Origin: Octopus sinensis
Lineage: Eukaryota
Assembly: GCF_006345805.1 (NCBI RefSeq)
Contig: NC_043021.1
Location: 20,894,001 to 20,958,000, forward strand
Length of the DNA stretch: 64,000 bases
Direction of reading: 5' to 3'
Part shown: positions 1 through 12,990 of the stretch, in pieces
Layout of the letters: each line of letters opens with the position of its first letter
Numbering within the stretch: position 1 is the stretch's first letter
Made by a program: the position numbers and the translations under genes
Notes under the pieces: model-generated
Seen by the model: only the letters and a program-made list of their open reading frames with translations
Databases searched by the model: none
Told to the model about the DNA's origin: nothing

Positions 1-759
1 ATACAATGGGTCCCTTTCAGTGTCTGTCTCCCAAATCCACTCACAAGGCTTTGGCTGGCCCGAGGCTATAGTAGAAAATACTTGCCCAAAGTGCCATGCA
101 GTGGGACTGAACCTGGAACCATGTGGTTGGGAGGCAAGCTTCTTATTTCTTTATTTCCCATAAGGGGCTAAACACAGGGGGGACAAACAAGGACAGACAA
201 AGGGATTAAGTCGATTACATCGACCCCAGTGCATAACTAGTACTTAATTTATCGACCCCGAAAGGATGAAAGGCAAAGTCGACCTTGGCGGAATTTGAAC
301 TCAGAACGTAACGGCAGACGAAATACAGCTACGCATTTCGCCCGGCGTGCTAACGATTCTGCCATCTCGCCACAAGCTTCTTACCACACAGCCACTCCTA
401 TGCCTGCACATACATTTTCAGAAATTCAATTATAAAACCTGTGAACACTTTTCTGTATGTGATCCTAATTGGTCCACATATGCATACATGTGTGAGAGGT
501 GGGGAGATAGGACAAGTCTATTTGTGTGATGTATGGTGTATAAGCCTGTATCAGTGCATGTGTGTAGAATAAGTTTGAGTGTATGCACATGTGCATGTGT
601 GTGTGTGTTGTTTATAGAACTTCGACAGATTCATGTCTTGTCATGTTAAGTCAAAGCTTTATATCTCCATGTTAACAAACAGCCTCTTATTTTTTTTTAA
701 TTCCTTTGTTACTCATTTGAACTGTCTGTTCATCAGCCTCTGTATATACATACATCTCT

Positions 760-868
760 CTCTCTTTCCTACTCTCTATATATGCATGTATGTATGTATA
801 TATATATATGTATGCATGTATATGTATATGACTGTATGTGTATATATATATAATATATATATAATATA

Positions 869-929
<61 letters not shown>

Positions 930-1260
930 GTTTTTTGTATGTATGCATATATATATATGTGTGATGAATGTATATATACATATATATATGTATGGATGTG
1001 TGTATATATATATATATATATATGCATATATATGTATGTATATACATATATATATGTGTATGTATGTATATGTATATATGTGTGTATGTATGTGTATATG
1101 TATGCATGTATGTATATATATATATATATGTATGTATATATATATATATTTGCATGTCTATATGTGTGTGTGCGTGTATATACATGTGCGTGCATATGTA
1201 TATTTATGCATATATATATGATGACGTGTGAATATATATATATATACACACACATATAAA
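760..1260. repeat. Compound (TA)n/(TG)n/(TATG)n microsatellite, representative of many in the window
   Basis: Direct inspection; similar tracts at about 1585-1880, 12105-12350, 27010-27240 and 28085-28490. Confidence 0.95.
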
Positions 1261-1674
1261 TGAATGACTATACATGTATATATAAGTGTTAGTGGCGGTG
1301 GTAGTCATTGTGGTAGTAGTAGTATAGTAGTGGATAGTGGATGGGCTTCCTTTTAATTGCTCTTTCAGTAGCCAGCAGGAGGGGGGATGGTGATGGTGGT
1401 GGTGGTGATGATGGCACCATAGGCAGGTGGCACTTAAGACACAATTTTACAGGATGACTCAAGCATCAACAACACACCCTCTCCTACTTTCTCTTTCAAT
1501 TCATGTTCCTCTTCTGCATCCACCCCCTCCTCCTCTTCTCCTTTGTCTTCTCTGTTTATACAGAGTAAATGAAAGAAGACAGCCTGCACACACACACACA
1601 CACACACTACACATACACATACATACACACACACACATACACAGATATAGATATGTTTGTGTATACACACATGC

Positions 1675-1715
<41 letters not shown>

Positions 1716-2563
1716 CATACACAAATGCACGAATACACACACACACACACACACATGCATATACATGGACATGAACACATACTCAGATATTTAAAATATA
1801 TATTATTTATTTTATATATATAATATATATTATTATTTTATATATATTATATATATTATATATATATATATGTGTGGGTGTGTGTGTGTAGCGTTTATAC
1901 TAGTCTTGATAGAATTGAGATATCGGTTCTATTCTAGCAAAACTGTCCGACAAACGGGAACGTGAACTCAGAGTAACAGGTTTTGTTGAATTTTTCTGTG
2001 CTTTAAATAAAAGTATATATATATATATATTATATAGAAATATATAATATATATATATATCTATATATATAAAACTCAACTTGTGTGTCTGGTGTGTATC
2101 TGTGGTGGTGTCTGTGTGTTTAACTTCCTGGCACATCTCCTCCTAGCCAACAAATCGTAGAACCACCAAAAATGGGTCACTTAAAGTTTAGGCGAATGAA
2201 ATTGAACTGCGCTATTTTTGTTCCGAAATTCATCTCGCAAGGCAAAAATCGATAATGTGTTGTTTAGGCCTTATCCCATGCATTGAATAGTGAACTTTAC
2301 TCAGTCAGCTGTTTGACGTGAACTGTGTTCACCACGCAAGCAAGCATGCGTAAAAGAATTAAAGAAAATATTACTAAGAATGGTACTCTTTTACTTGTTT
2401 CAGTCATTTGACTGTGGCCATGCTAGAGCAAATTGACCCCAGGCCTTATTCTTTGTAAGCCTAGTACTTATTCTATTTGTCTCTTTTGCAGAACCGCTAA
2501 GTTACAGGGACATAAACACACCAGCATCGGTTGTCAAGCAATGTTGGGGAGGGACAAACACAG

Positions 2564-2596
<33 letters not shown>

Positions 2597-2659
2597 CGAC
2601 GAGCTTCTTTCACAGACACACAAACATACATACATACATACACACACACATATATATAT

Positions 2660-3173
2660 CTATATATATAAAACTGTAGTTGTGTGAGTGTCTATCTCCT
2701 ACGATTTAGATTCCTAACTCCTCCCACATTTTGCGGTGCAGTTTAACCAAATTCGGGTATCTTATAGTCGTGATTAATATCGAGCCCGTTGGCTATTAGC
2801 GCGCATCTACGATGAGTCTACGATTTTAAAAATAATTAACATCATTTTTTTATTCCATTTTAATGCATAATTTTTTCGTGTGTCGATGGCGGTGGAGTTG
2901 GCGTCCACGCTCAAAACACTGCACCTGTGTTGCTTCTCCCCCTTCTTCCCTCCCTCGTGAAGCTGTGGCGAAGGGAGTGTAAGGAAATCACGTCGTAATG
3001 CGTTGTCAAGGAGACCAGCGTTCTTTTAGAACAGCGACTTCATGGCTTGAAGACACCAAAACAGAAATGGCTAAGAAAGCCCGAATTGGCATCTATAAAG
3101 GAAGTAACTCTCTAAAAATGCTTATATAGTTTTCCCTTACAAACCCGAGCAACGCCGGGCGATACTGCATAGT
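2660..3173 (-). mobile_element. Non-autonomous Helentron-type (HINE/DINE-1-like) element
   Basis: 5' end ACTA(T)GCAGTATCGCCCGGCGTTGCTCGGG with a short hairpin; 3' end cacaactacagttttatatatatag; homologous to 4251-4642. Confidence 0.65.
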
Positions 3174-3177
3174 ATAT

Positions 3178-3234
<57 letters not shown>

Positions 3235-4250
3235 CACATATATACGACGGGGCTTCTTTCAGTTTCCGTCTACCAATTCACTCACAAGGCTTTGGTCGGC
3301 CCGAAGCTATAGTAGAAGACAGTGCCGAAGGTGCCACGCAGTGGGACGGAACCTGGAACCATGTGGTTAGTAAGCAAGCTACTAACCACCACAACCACTC
3401 CTGTGCCTATGTGTAAAAAATGTTAAAACATTTTGTGTATTGTAGAAAAGCAATTTATTCTGTTATCTTCTCTCTTTTACTTTAGTGATTAGACTGTGGC
3501 CATGCTGGGGCACCATCTTGAGAAATTTTAGTCAAACTATTTGATCCCAGTTTTTATTTTTTTGTAAGCCTGATACTTTATTGGTCACTTTTTGCTAAAC
3601 TGCTAAGTTACAGGGACATGATCACACACCAAGAATGGTTGTCAAGCGGCGTTGGGGGATAAAAACAATACACACACACACACATATGTGTATGTATGTA
3701 TATGATGGGCTTCTTTCAGTTTCTGTTTACCAAATCTACTCACAAGGCTTTGGTCAGTCTGGGGCTATAGAAAAAACGCTTGCTCAAGGTGCCATGCAGT
3801 GGGACTGACCCAGAACCATGTGGTTGGGAAGCAAGCTTGTTACCACGCAGCCACGTTACAAATTTCAACAACAAAATCTTTATATTTCTTTACTACCCAC
3901 AAGGGGCTAAACATAGAGGGGACAAACAAGGACAGACAAGGGATTTAAGTCGATTACATCGACCCCAGTGCCGTAATGGTACTTAATTTATCGACCCGAA
4001 AGGATGAAGGCAAAGTCGACCTCGGCGGAATTTGAACCCAGAACACTTGGTTCAAATTCCGCCGAGGTAGGGACACCACCCTCCTGCCCAGAGACCATAT
4101 AGACTCCACCCTCCTGCCCAGGGGCTACATGGACCCCAGTTGAGAACCACAGTTGTAAATCATCATCAGAGATTGAGATGACCCCCTAAAGAAGGGAGAT
4201 GTGGTTTAATTCCTATTTGTTGACTCATTTTTTTTTCACTTTTATTCCCT

Positions 4251-4642
4251 ACTAGCAGTATCGCCCGGCGTTGCTCGGGTTTGTAAGGGAAATAACTATA
4301 TAAGCATTTATAGAGATGTAAAAGTATAATAGCCATCTCAATATGGCTAACCACAAAGGGAGGGGGTGTTACTGTAGCTTTTTACGTTCTGAGATTAAAA
4401 TACATTTTTAGAGAGTTACTTCCCTTAATAATAGCAGAAAGATGCATAAAAATGGGAAAAAATGATGGTAATTTTTTTTTAAATCGTAGACTCATCGTAG
4501 ACGCGCGCTAATACCCAGAAGGGCTCGATATGAATCACGACTATAAGATACCCGCTTTTGGTTAAAACTGCACCGCAATGTGGGAGTAGTTAGGAATCTA
4601 AATCGTAGGAGACAGAACCACACAACTTCACTTTTATATATA
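4251..4642 (+). mobile_element. Non-autonomous Helentron-type element
   Basis: Starts actagcagtatcgcccggcgttgctcggg, ends cacaacttcacttttatatata; internal blocks shared with 2660-3173. Confidence 0.65.
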
Positions 4643-4789
4643 AAGGTAGTGCTACCAGTGCCGGTGGCATGTTAAACTCTGCTTGTGAGACCCATTGAGG
4701 CAAGTGAGGATCAGAATCGAAATCGATCAATGGAAATTGCAGATGTGTTACCAGTGCCGGTGGCATGTAAGAGAACTTTCGTTTCGCGA

Positions 4790-4889
4790 NNNNNNNNNNN
4801 NNNNNNNNNNNNNNNNNNNNNNNNNNNNNNNNNNNNNNNNNNNNNNNNNNNNNNNNNNNNNNNNNNNNNNNNNNNNNNNNNNNNNNNNN
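4790..4889. other. Assembly gap (100 N)
   Basis: Run of exactly 100 N; true size unknown. Confidence 0.99.
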
Positions 4890-5250
4890 TCTATCATGGC
4901 GACTAGATATATATATATATAATATATATATATATATATCTATCATGGCAACTAGATATATATATAGATATATATATATATATATAATATATATTATATA
5001 TAGTGTATGTGTGTCTCTATATGTTTGTGTGTCTGTGTTTGTCCCCCCATCATCGCTTGACAACCGATGCTGGTGTGTCTACGGCCCCCGTAACTTAGCG
5101 GTTCAGCAAAAGAGACTGATAGAATAAGTACTAGGCTTACAAAGAATAAGTCCTGGGGTCGATTTGTTTGACTAAAGAGCGGTGCTCCAGCATGGCGGCA
5201 GTCAAGTAACCTGAAACAAGTAAAAGAGTAAAAGAGAGAGAGAGAGAGAG

Positions 5251-5290
<40 letters not shown>

Positions 5291-6307
5291 TGTGTGCCCC
5301 ACTGTCTAAAAGGATCTTCATTTTGTAAGTTACTTGGTGACCTCACTGGTGCTGATGCCTCATAAAAAAACATACAATCCACAATTTTAAGGTGGCTGGC
5401 ATTAGGAACGGCATCCAGCCGTAAAAGCTGTGTCAAAACAGACCTCACCAATGCTGGTGCCATGTAAAAAGCACCCAGTTTACTCTGTAGCATGGTTGGC
5501 TGTAGAAACCATGCCAAAAACAGACAGTGGAGCTGGGTACAGTCCTCCAGTTTGCCAGCTCTTGTCAAACCATCCAACCCATGCCAACATGGAAGATGGA
5601 TGATTAATGATGATGATGATGATGATGTATATATCTCGAGAGGGTCAAAAGTCTGTCCTGAGCTGTAGACTCATAAGGCTTGTTTCCTGGATTCTGTAGC
5701 ATATTTATTCACCTTCATCATCATCCTCATCATCATTTAATGTTCTTCTTTCCCAACCTGGCATGGGTTGGACAGTTTGACAAGAACAGATGAGGCAGAG
5801 GGCCCCACCAGGTTCTGTGTCTGCTTTGGCATGGTTTTCTACAGCTGTATGTCCTTCCTAATACCTATTTCTTTATTACCCACAAGGGGCTAAACATAGA
5901 CGGGACAATCAAGGACAGACATAGGTATTAAGTCGATTACATCGACCCCAGTGCGGAACTGGTACTTAATTTATCGACCCCGAAAGGATGAAAGGCAAAG
6001 TCAACCTCGGCAGAATTTGAACTCACAACGTAACGACAGACGAAATACCGCAAAGCATTTCATCCGGCGTGCTAACGTTTCTGCCAGATCGCCGTCCTTC
6101 CTAATGCCAACCATTTAACAGAGTGTGATGGGTGCTTTTCACCTGACACCAACATCAATGAAGTTGCCGAGTACCCAGATGATAAGATCCCTCAACTGAG
6201 CAGGGCATAGACTGGAGCAATAAGAGACTATGATAGATGAAGTGCAGCAAGTGTCTTGCTGAAGGGGTGAATACATGGCTTGCCCACCTGGAAAGTGAGA
6301 GAGTGAA

Positions 6308-6350
<43 letters not shown>

Positions 6351-6979
6351 TGAGGTCCAGAAGGAATTGGGTAGAAGAGTGAAAAAGGTGGTGTGTGATA
6401 TATGTATGTATCTATACACACATATATATGTACGTATATATGTGTGTGTGTGTGTATATATGTATGTATATATATATGTGTGTATATATATGTATATATG
6501 TATATATATATACTTTTAAAATTCACTGTTCTTAATATCCTATATATGCCATTATTTCTTGTAGACGCCTACTTTCCAACCTCTCTTCTGTCCCTAGTTC
6601 ATTCTCTCTTCCTCTCTATTATTTCTTCTCCTTGTACTTTCTCTCTCTCCCGCCCCTCCCCCACTCTTACTCTCTTCTTGCTCCAAATTGCACAGAGAGA
6701 GAGAGAGAGAGTGAGTGAGTGAGAGAGAGAGAGAGAGTGAGTGAGTGAGAGAGAGAGAGAGAGTGAGTGAGTGAGAGAGAGAGAGAGAGAGTTGTGCAAT
6801 TAGTAACGTCACTCAACATAGATGCTGTATCGATTTGTTGATTTGTTGATTTTCTATTGAGGCCAAAACCCGAAGCCACCCAAGCAGGTTGTGTTACATA
6901 TGCAACCCCACCCCCTACTCCCCACACACATACTACTCTCCAGCTCTCCATTTCCCCCTCTCCCAACTCTCCCATCTCT

Positions 6980-8195
6980 CAGCGTCCACTCATTCACGCT
7001 CTGACCCCATCCACTCACTTTTGTAATCAGTTGGTCATCCACCTCATTTACTTGCTCCTTCATTCTTTCCTTCCACTCATTCATTCATCTCCTTCTCCTC
7101 TCACTCACTCCTTCACTCTTTCATTCACTCATTCAACTATTTATTCACCTGCTCCTTCAATTTCTCACATTCTTTGATTCATTCTCTTGCCCTCATTCCT
7201 CCCCTTCACTCAATTATTCATCTCCTTTTTCTCTCACTCTTTCATTCTTTCATTCATTCATCTATTTATTCACCTGCTCCTTTGTTCACCCCCTCACTCA
7301 GCCTTTCATTCACTCACTCACTTGTTTGCTTCTTTAGTCATTGACTTACTCACAAACTCACTCATTCAACTACTTCTTCACTCCCTTGCTCATTCATTCA
7401 CTCATTCACCTGCTCTTTCAGTCTTTTATTCATTCACTACTTCACTCCCTCTCTTAACTCATTCATTCATCTGTTCTTTCACTCACTCATCCATCACTCA
7501 TTGATCTCTTCCTTCAGTCACTCATTCACCTGCTTCCTCCTTCACTCATTCACTTTGTCATTCATTCACCCACTTACCTGCCCCTTTGCTCCTTCACTCA
7601 CTCACAAACCCACTCATTCACCTGCTTTCTCCTGCACTCATTCACTTTATCATTCACTCACTTGCTCACCCACTCACAAACTTACTCCTTCCCTCACTTA
7701 CTCACAAACTCATTCATTCACCCACTTGCTCCTTCACTCATTTTCTTTATCATTCACTCACTTGCTCACCTACTCACAAACTCATTCCTTCACTCACTCA
7801 TCCACTCACAAGCTCACTCATTCACCTGCTTGCTCCTGCACTCATTCACTTTATCATTCACTCACTTGCTCACCCACTCACAAACTTACTCCTTCCCTCA
7901 CTTACTCACAAACTCATTCATTCACCCACTTGCTCACCCAGTCACAAGTTCACTCACTCTCTCCTGCACTCATTCGCTTTGTCCTTCACTCACTTACTCA
8001 CCCACTCACAAGCTCACTCATTCACCCACTCTCTCCTTCACTCATTTGCTTTGTCATTCACCCACTTGCTCACTCACCCACTCACTCACAAACCCGCTCT
8101 TTCATCCACCCAGTCACTCGTCTACTCCCCCACAAAATACTCCCATACATTCCTTCTTCCACCCACCACCCATTATATCTCTCACCCTTACTCAT
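6980..8195 (+). repeat. TCAC/TCAT-rich low-complexity tract with an internal ~110-bp duplication
   Basis: cactcattcattcac-type motifs throughout; 7621-7730 is repeated near 7826-7935; source of the spurious H/S/L/T-rich ORFs. Confidence 0.9.
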
Positions 8196-8469
8196 TCACC
8201 ATCTCTATAAAAAAAATTAAAATAAACGAGATAAAGAAATCAATTAATTAACAACAGAAGAAACAAAATTAAAATGCAATAATAGCGAGAACATCACATT
8301 GTTTCTTTATCTTTTGCTCTTCATCTTCTTTCACTTGTTTCAGTTATTAGACTGTGGCCATGCTGGGGCACTGCCTTGAATGGTTTAGTCTAGTATTTCT
8401 TAACCAGGGCTCATATAAGATTTTGTTGTAAAAATTTAAGTGTAAGGAATTGGTTATACTTCTGCAGTA

Positions 8470-8641
8470 GGTGCAGGAGTAGCTGTGTGGTAAGTAGCTT
8501 GCTTACCAACCACATGGTTCCGGGTTCAGTCCCATTGTGTGGAACCTTAGGCAAGTGTCTTCTACTATAGCCTCGGGCCGACCAAAGCCTTGTGAGTGGA
8601 TTTGGTAGACGGAAACTGAAAAGAAGCCCGTCGTATATATG

Positions 8642-8672
<31 letters not shown>

Positions 8673-8878
8673 TTGTGTGTCTGTGTTTGTCCCCCTAGCA
8701 TTGCTTGACAACCGATGCCGGTGTGTTTATGTCCCCGTCACTTAGCAGTTCGGCAAAAGAGACCGATAGAATAAGTACTGGGCATACAAAAGAATAAGTC
8801 CCGGGGTCGATTTGCTCGACTAAAGGCGGTGCTCCAGCATGGCCACAGTCAAATGACTGAAACAAGTAAAAGAGTAAA
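8470..8878 (+). mobile_element. SINE-B (tRNA head, CORE-like ccttgggcaagtg block, internal (TA)/(TG) tract, (GTAAAAGA)n tail), representative copy
   Basis: A box TGGCTGTGTGG and B box GGTTCAGTCCC in family copies. Others at about 11398-11793(-), 11940-12548(+), 13487-13880(-), 29489-29905(+), 37408-37817(-), 48108-48475(-), 56628-57045(+), 60288-60686(-), 62452-62860(+). Confidence 0.9.
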
Positions 8879-9500
8879 ACAAAAATACTTTAAATTCGAA
8901 ACCAAATTGTAAGAAAGCACGTTTGTCTTTTTCCACCAATCTCATTTATTCTCTGCTTTTATGCTTGCCAACATGACACATCTAGCAAAACATGGTTGGT
9001 TCATTCCTTACCTGCATTTGTGCATCTTCTGCATTTATTGCTCATATGTTGTTTTTATGCAATATTGCATGTCATGCACAAACCTCATGCAGTTTGCCCT
9101 TCCCTCAAAAATATAAACTTCTTGTTGTCAGCTGAATGCTTTTGGTTTTGTTCATGCTCAGGTCCTTATACTTGCAGATGGGTCGCCTAGACAAGAGAAG
9201 CTTTCATAAACTTTGAGGAAGTCTTCCAAGTATTTAAAATAATCTATTCCATGGCTGTAGAGTTAATGAGTTTGCTTCCCAATCAAGTGGTTCTGTGTTC
9301 AGTCCCACTGCATTGCACCTTTTACTATGGCTTTGGGACTAATCAAAGCCCTGTGAGTGGATTCGGTAAATGGAAACAGAAAGAAGCCTGTTATGTCTGA
9401 GTGTGTGTTTGTGCTTGTGCCTCCTTGGTTTGAGATCACATGATGGTTGTAAACAAGTGTCACTACCGTATAACTGAGATTGTTCACTTCCAATCTTTTA

Positions 9501-9732
9501 AGGCGGCGAGCTGGCAGAACCGTTAGCACGCCGGGCAAAATGCGGAGCCGTATTTCGTCTGCCGTTACGTTCTGAGTTCAAATTCCGCCGAGGTCGACTT
9601 TGCCTTTCATCCTTTCGGGGTCGATAAATTACGTACCAGTTACGCACTGGGGTCGATGGAATCGACTTAATCGCTTTGTCTGTCCTTGTTTGTCCCCTCT
9701 ATGTTTAGCCCCTTGTGGGTAGTAAAGAAATA
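9501..9732 (+). mobile_element. SINE-A (tRNA-headed, ~230 bp), representative copy
   Basis: GGCGGCGAGCTGGCAGAA..GAGTTCAAATTCC..gcctttcatcctttcggggtcgataaa..taaagaaata. Other copies at about 144-370(-), 5864-6095(-), 22686-22918(-), 51788-51995(-), 61514-61735(+). Confidence 0.9.
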
Positions 9733-10267
9733 TATTTCCAATCTTTTGTGAAAACACGGTCAGTCATGGAGCCATGGGGAAATATCATCTTGCTTGGAAA
9801 TATATAAGGATTGGCAACAGGAAGGGCATCCAGTATGGTTGTAGGAAAATTGCCTCAATGAATTCCACTGAGGAAAAGTTGGACAATGAATTAATAATTA
9901 CTATAACTGCTAACTATTCCTCCACGTATTGCTACTTACAGACTTTCTTCTATGTCAGCCCTGCTTGTATTCCCACTGCATCTTTTATGCATTCAACACA
10001 CAGAAACAGAGTTTCTATTTGTATTTTTTATGCATGTTAAGTATTGCCATCAGATAGATGGTAAGCTCACAGAGAGCGAGAGAGAGAGAGAATAAAAGGT
10101 TTCTGCAAATGAGTGCTTATTTAATATTTATAGAAGACTAAGTGGGAAGCTTAACGCATTATTTGGCTCTGTTAGAGAATAATGATAATTATAATTAATA
10201 TATTGGTTAAAACATTTGGAGTATAACCTCAGTATTATGTGGCTTGACCAAATATGTGTCAGGTTTA

Positions 10268-10303
<36 letters not shown>

Positions 10304-10464
10304 TATCGCCATACTAATATGGCATTCTTATAAAAATAAGAAAAAAGCTGTCCGCTTATTAGCTCCATGAGGCCATCGCCTTAAGTTAGCTATTTGATAC
10401 ACAAACTGTATCCATATAACCTTTGAACAAGGGAGGTCAGTCGCTCCACACTACTTGACCGGCA

Positions 10465-10511
10465 GCTACAGACGCGTTTCGGGGTATTGCCCCTTTTCAA
10501 TGCAGCGTAGC
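10465..10511 (-). ncRNA. Antisense copy of the U3-A8 hammerhead-like motif
   Basis: Reverse complement reads gctacgctgca TTGAAAA GGGG CAATA CCCC GAAACGCGTC tgtagc. Confidence 0.7.
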
Positions 10512-10749
10512 CAGCCAGTAGGTGTCGCTTCCGACAATCTCTGTTCGATGGTTTTATTTACCTAGTTTCGGTGGAATACATCCACTTGTTTTCAATAATA
10601 GAAATATTAAAATAACTAAGTCTGTTCTCTTTTAGAGAGACTTAGTTATTTTAATATTTCTATTATTGAAAACAAGTGGATGTATTCCACCGAAACTAGG
10701 TAAATAAAACCATCGAACAGAGATTGTCGGAAGCGACACCTACTGGCTG

Positions 10750-10795
10750 GCTACGTGCATTGAAAAGGGGCAATACCCCGAAACGCGTCTGTAGC
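10750..10795 (+). ncRNA. Minimal type-I hammerhead ribozyme-like motif, U3-A8 core variant
   Basis: TGCA-[TTGAAAA]-GGGG CAATA CCCC-[GAA]-ACGCGT-C-TGTA: core, 4-bp helix II, palindromic helix III ACGCGT, GUC cleavage triplet, helix I TGCA/TGTA. Confidence 0.7.
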
Positions 10796-11109
10796 TGCCG
10801 GTCAAGTAGTGTGGAGCGACTGACCTCCCTTGTTCGAAGGTTATATGGATACAGTTTGTGTATCAAATAGCTAACTTAAGGCGATGGCCTCATGGAGCTA
10901 ATAAGCAGACAGCTTTTTTCTTATTTTTATAAGAATGCCATATTAGTATGGCGATAAACTATTATTTTCCGGGAACGCTGCCGCTGTTCTCTTTTAGAGA
11001 GACTTAGTTATTTTAATATTTCTATATGAAAAACAAGTGGATGTATTCCACGAAACTAGGTAAATAAAACCATCGAACAGAGATTGTCGGAAGCGACACC
11101 TACTGGCTG

Positions 11110-11154
11110 GCTACGCTGCATTGAAAAGGGGCATACCCCGAACGCGTCTGTAGC
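11110..11154 (+). ncRNA. Degenerate copy of the U3-A8 hammerhead-like motif
   Basis: Same motif with one A missing from the helix II loop and one from GAAA (ccccGAAcgcgtc). Confidence 0.45.
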
Positions 11155-12151
11155 TGCGGTCAAGTAGTGTGGAGGAGACTGACCTCCCTGTTCGAAGGTT
11201 ATATAGTCAGTTTGTGTATCAAATAGCTAACTAAGGCGATGGCCTCATGGAGCTAATAAGCGGACAGCTTTTTTCTTATTTTTATAAGAATGCCATATTA
11301 GTATGGCGATAACTATTATTTTCCGGGAACGCTGCCGCTGTTCTCTTTTAGAGAGACTTAGTTATTTTAATATTTCTATATATATATATATATATATTCT
11401 TTTACTCTTTTACTTGTTTCAGTCATTTGACTGCGGCCATGCTGGAGCACCGCCTTTAGTCGAGCAACTCGACCCCGGGACTTATTCTTTTTATAAGCCC
11501 AGTACTTATTCTATCAGTCTCTTTTGCCGAACTGCTAAGTGACGGGGACGTAAACACACCAGCATCGGCTGTCAAGCAATGTTGAGGGGGACAAACACAG
11601 ACACACAAACACACACATGCATATATACATATATATGACAGGCTTCTTTTCAGTTTCCGTCTACCAAATCCACTCACAAGGCTTTGGTCGGCTCGAGGCT
11701 ATAGTAGAAGACACTTGCCCAAGGTGCCACGCAGTAGGACTGAACCCGGAACCATGTGGTTGGTAAACAAGCTACTTACCACACAGCCACTCATAAAATA
11801 ATAATATAACACAAGGTTGTGGGATATCGGGCTTTAATAATAGATCACAACATTTGTTTCTGCACCATAGACAAGCTTTGAGTTGCTGAGTTTATATTCA
11901 TATACCATTATAGAAGATCATTCATTATAATTACGATAGGTGTAGGAGCGGATGTGTGGTAAGTTGCTTGCTTACCAACCACATGGTTTTGAGTTCAGTC
12001 CCACTGCGTGGCACCTTCGGCAAGTGTCTTCTACTATAGCCTCGGGCCGACCAAAACCTTATGAGTGGATTTGGTAGACGGAAAGTGAAAGAAGCCCATC
12101 ATAGATATATATATGTATATATATGTATATATATGTATATATATATGTATA

Positions 12152-12188
<37 letters not shown>

Positions 12189-12589
12189 GTGTATATATGT
12201 ATATATATATGTGTATATATGTATATATATATGTGTATATATGTATATATATGTGTATATATGTATATATATATGTGTATATATGTATATATATATGTGT
12301 ATATATGTATATATATATGTATAATATTAATATATATATATGTGTGTGTGTCTGTGTGCTTGTCCCCACCAACATCGCTTAATAACCGATGCTTGTGTGT
12401 TTACATCCCCGTAACTTAACGTAACTGATAGAATAAGTTCTAGGCTAATAAAGAATAAGTCCTGAGGGGTCGATTTGTTTGACTAAAGGCGGTGCTCCAG
12501 CATGGCTTCAGTCAAATGACCGAAACAAGTAAAAGAATAAAAGAATAGAGTTGCATGTTTTTCCGCTACATTGTATTCCACCTGATGAA

Positions 12590-12990
12590 GTGCCTCCTCT
12601 TAAAAGAGTCCCATTATAAAGTACAACCCATTTGTTGTTTGGTTTCCCATTCCTATGAGATTCGACTCCTCCCATTTCAATTATCTCCGTCTGAAATAAA
12701 ATAGTAATTTTCCCCTTTAAGCGAAAGAAAAAAAATCAAGTATCTGTGATTATAAAATATCCCATAAAAATACGGTGATAATTTCTATCTTTCAGTCCAT
12801 GGCGCTCTGAAAGTTGCATAAATGATTAAGGGGATAAAAAGGAAAGTAAGAAAAAGGGACAGATGGCAGTAGCTGTGATGACTCTTTGAAGTGTCAACTC
12901 CGCAAATCAACATTTTCAACTAGGGAAATAACTATTTTAATTGTAATCTTTATCATCTTAATCAAAGGACAGGAAAACAAACTTTGAGTT
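12590..12990 (-). mobile_element. Second Helitron-derived segment, uninterrupted homologue of 23990-24070, 24520-24712 and 25912-26010
   Basis: Shared blocks such as attataaagtacaacccatttgttg, aattttcccctttaa and aaataactattttaattgtaatc; minus-strand translation includes NNKWVVLYN. Confidence 0.65.

Larger units (their letters stand above)
10293..11385. mobile_element. Penelope/retrozyme-like ~360-bp unit: one inverted copy, two tandem copies and a partial third
   Basis: Unit starts ctgttctcttttagagagac at 10622, 10984 and 11338. 10293-10620 is the reverse complement of the first unit. The array is flanked by (TA)n and each full unit has a hammerhead-like motif. Confidence 0.75.

Noticed and set aside
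633-1823. Long Y/I/H/T/C/V-rich ORFs here and at about 12034-12419, 26920-27278, 28011-28541 and 34147-34554
   Set aside because: Translations of (TA)n, (TG)n and (CA)n microsatellites, which lack stops in some frames; no coding signal.
7187-8251. ORFs up to 239 aa rich in H/S/L/T
   Set aside because: Stop-free translation of the TCAC/TCAT repeat, open in three frames at once.
9930-10010. Minus-strand ATG..AGTCT|GTAAGT as an exon, and the plus-strand ATGTCAGCC as the PDE6D start
   Set aside because: No homology, and no phase-2 donor on the plus strand.
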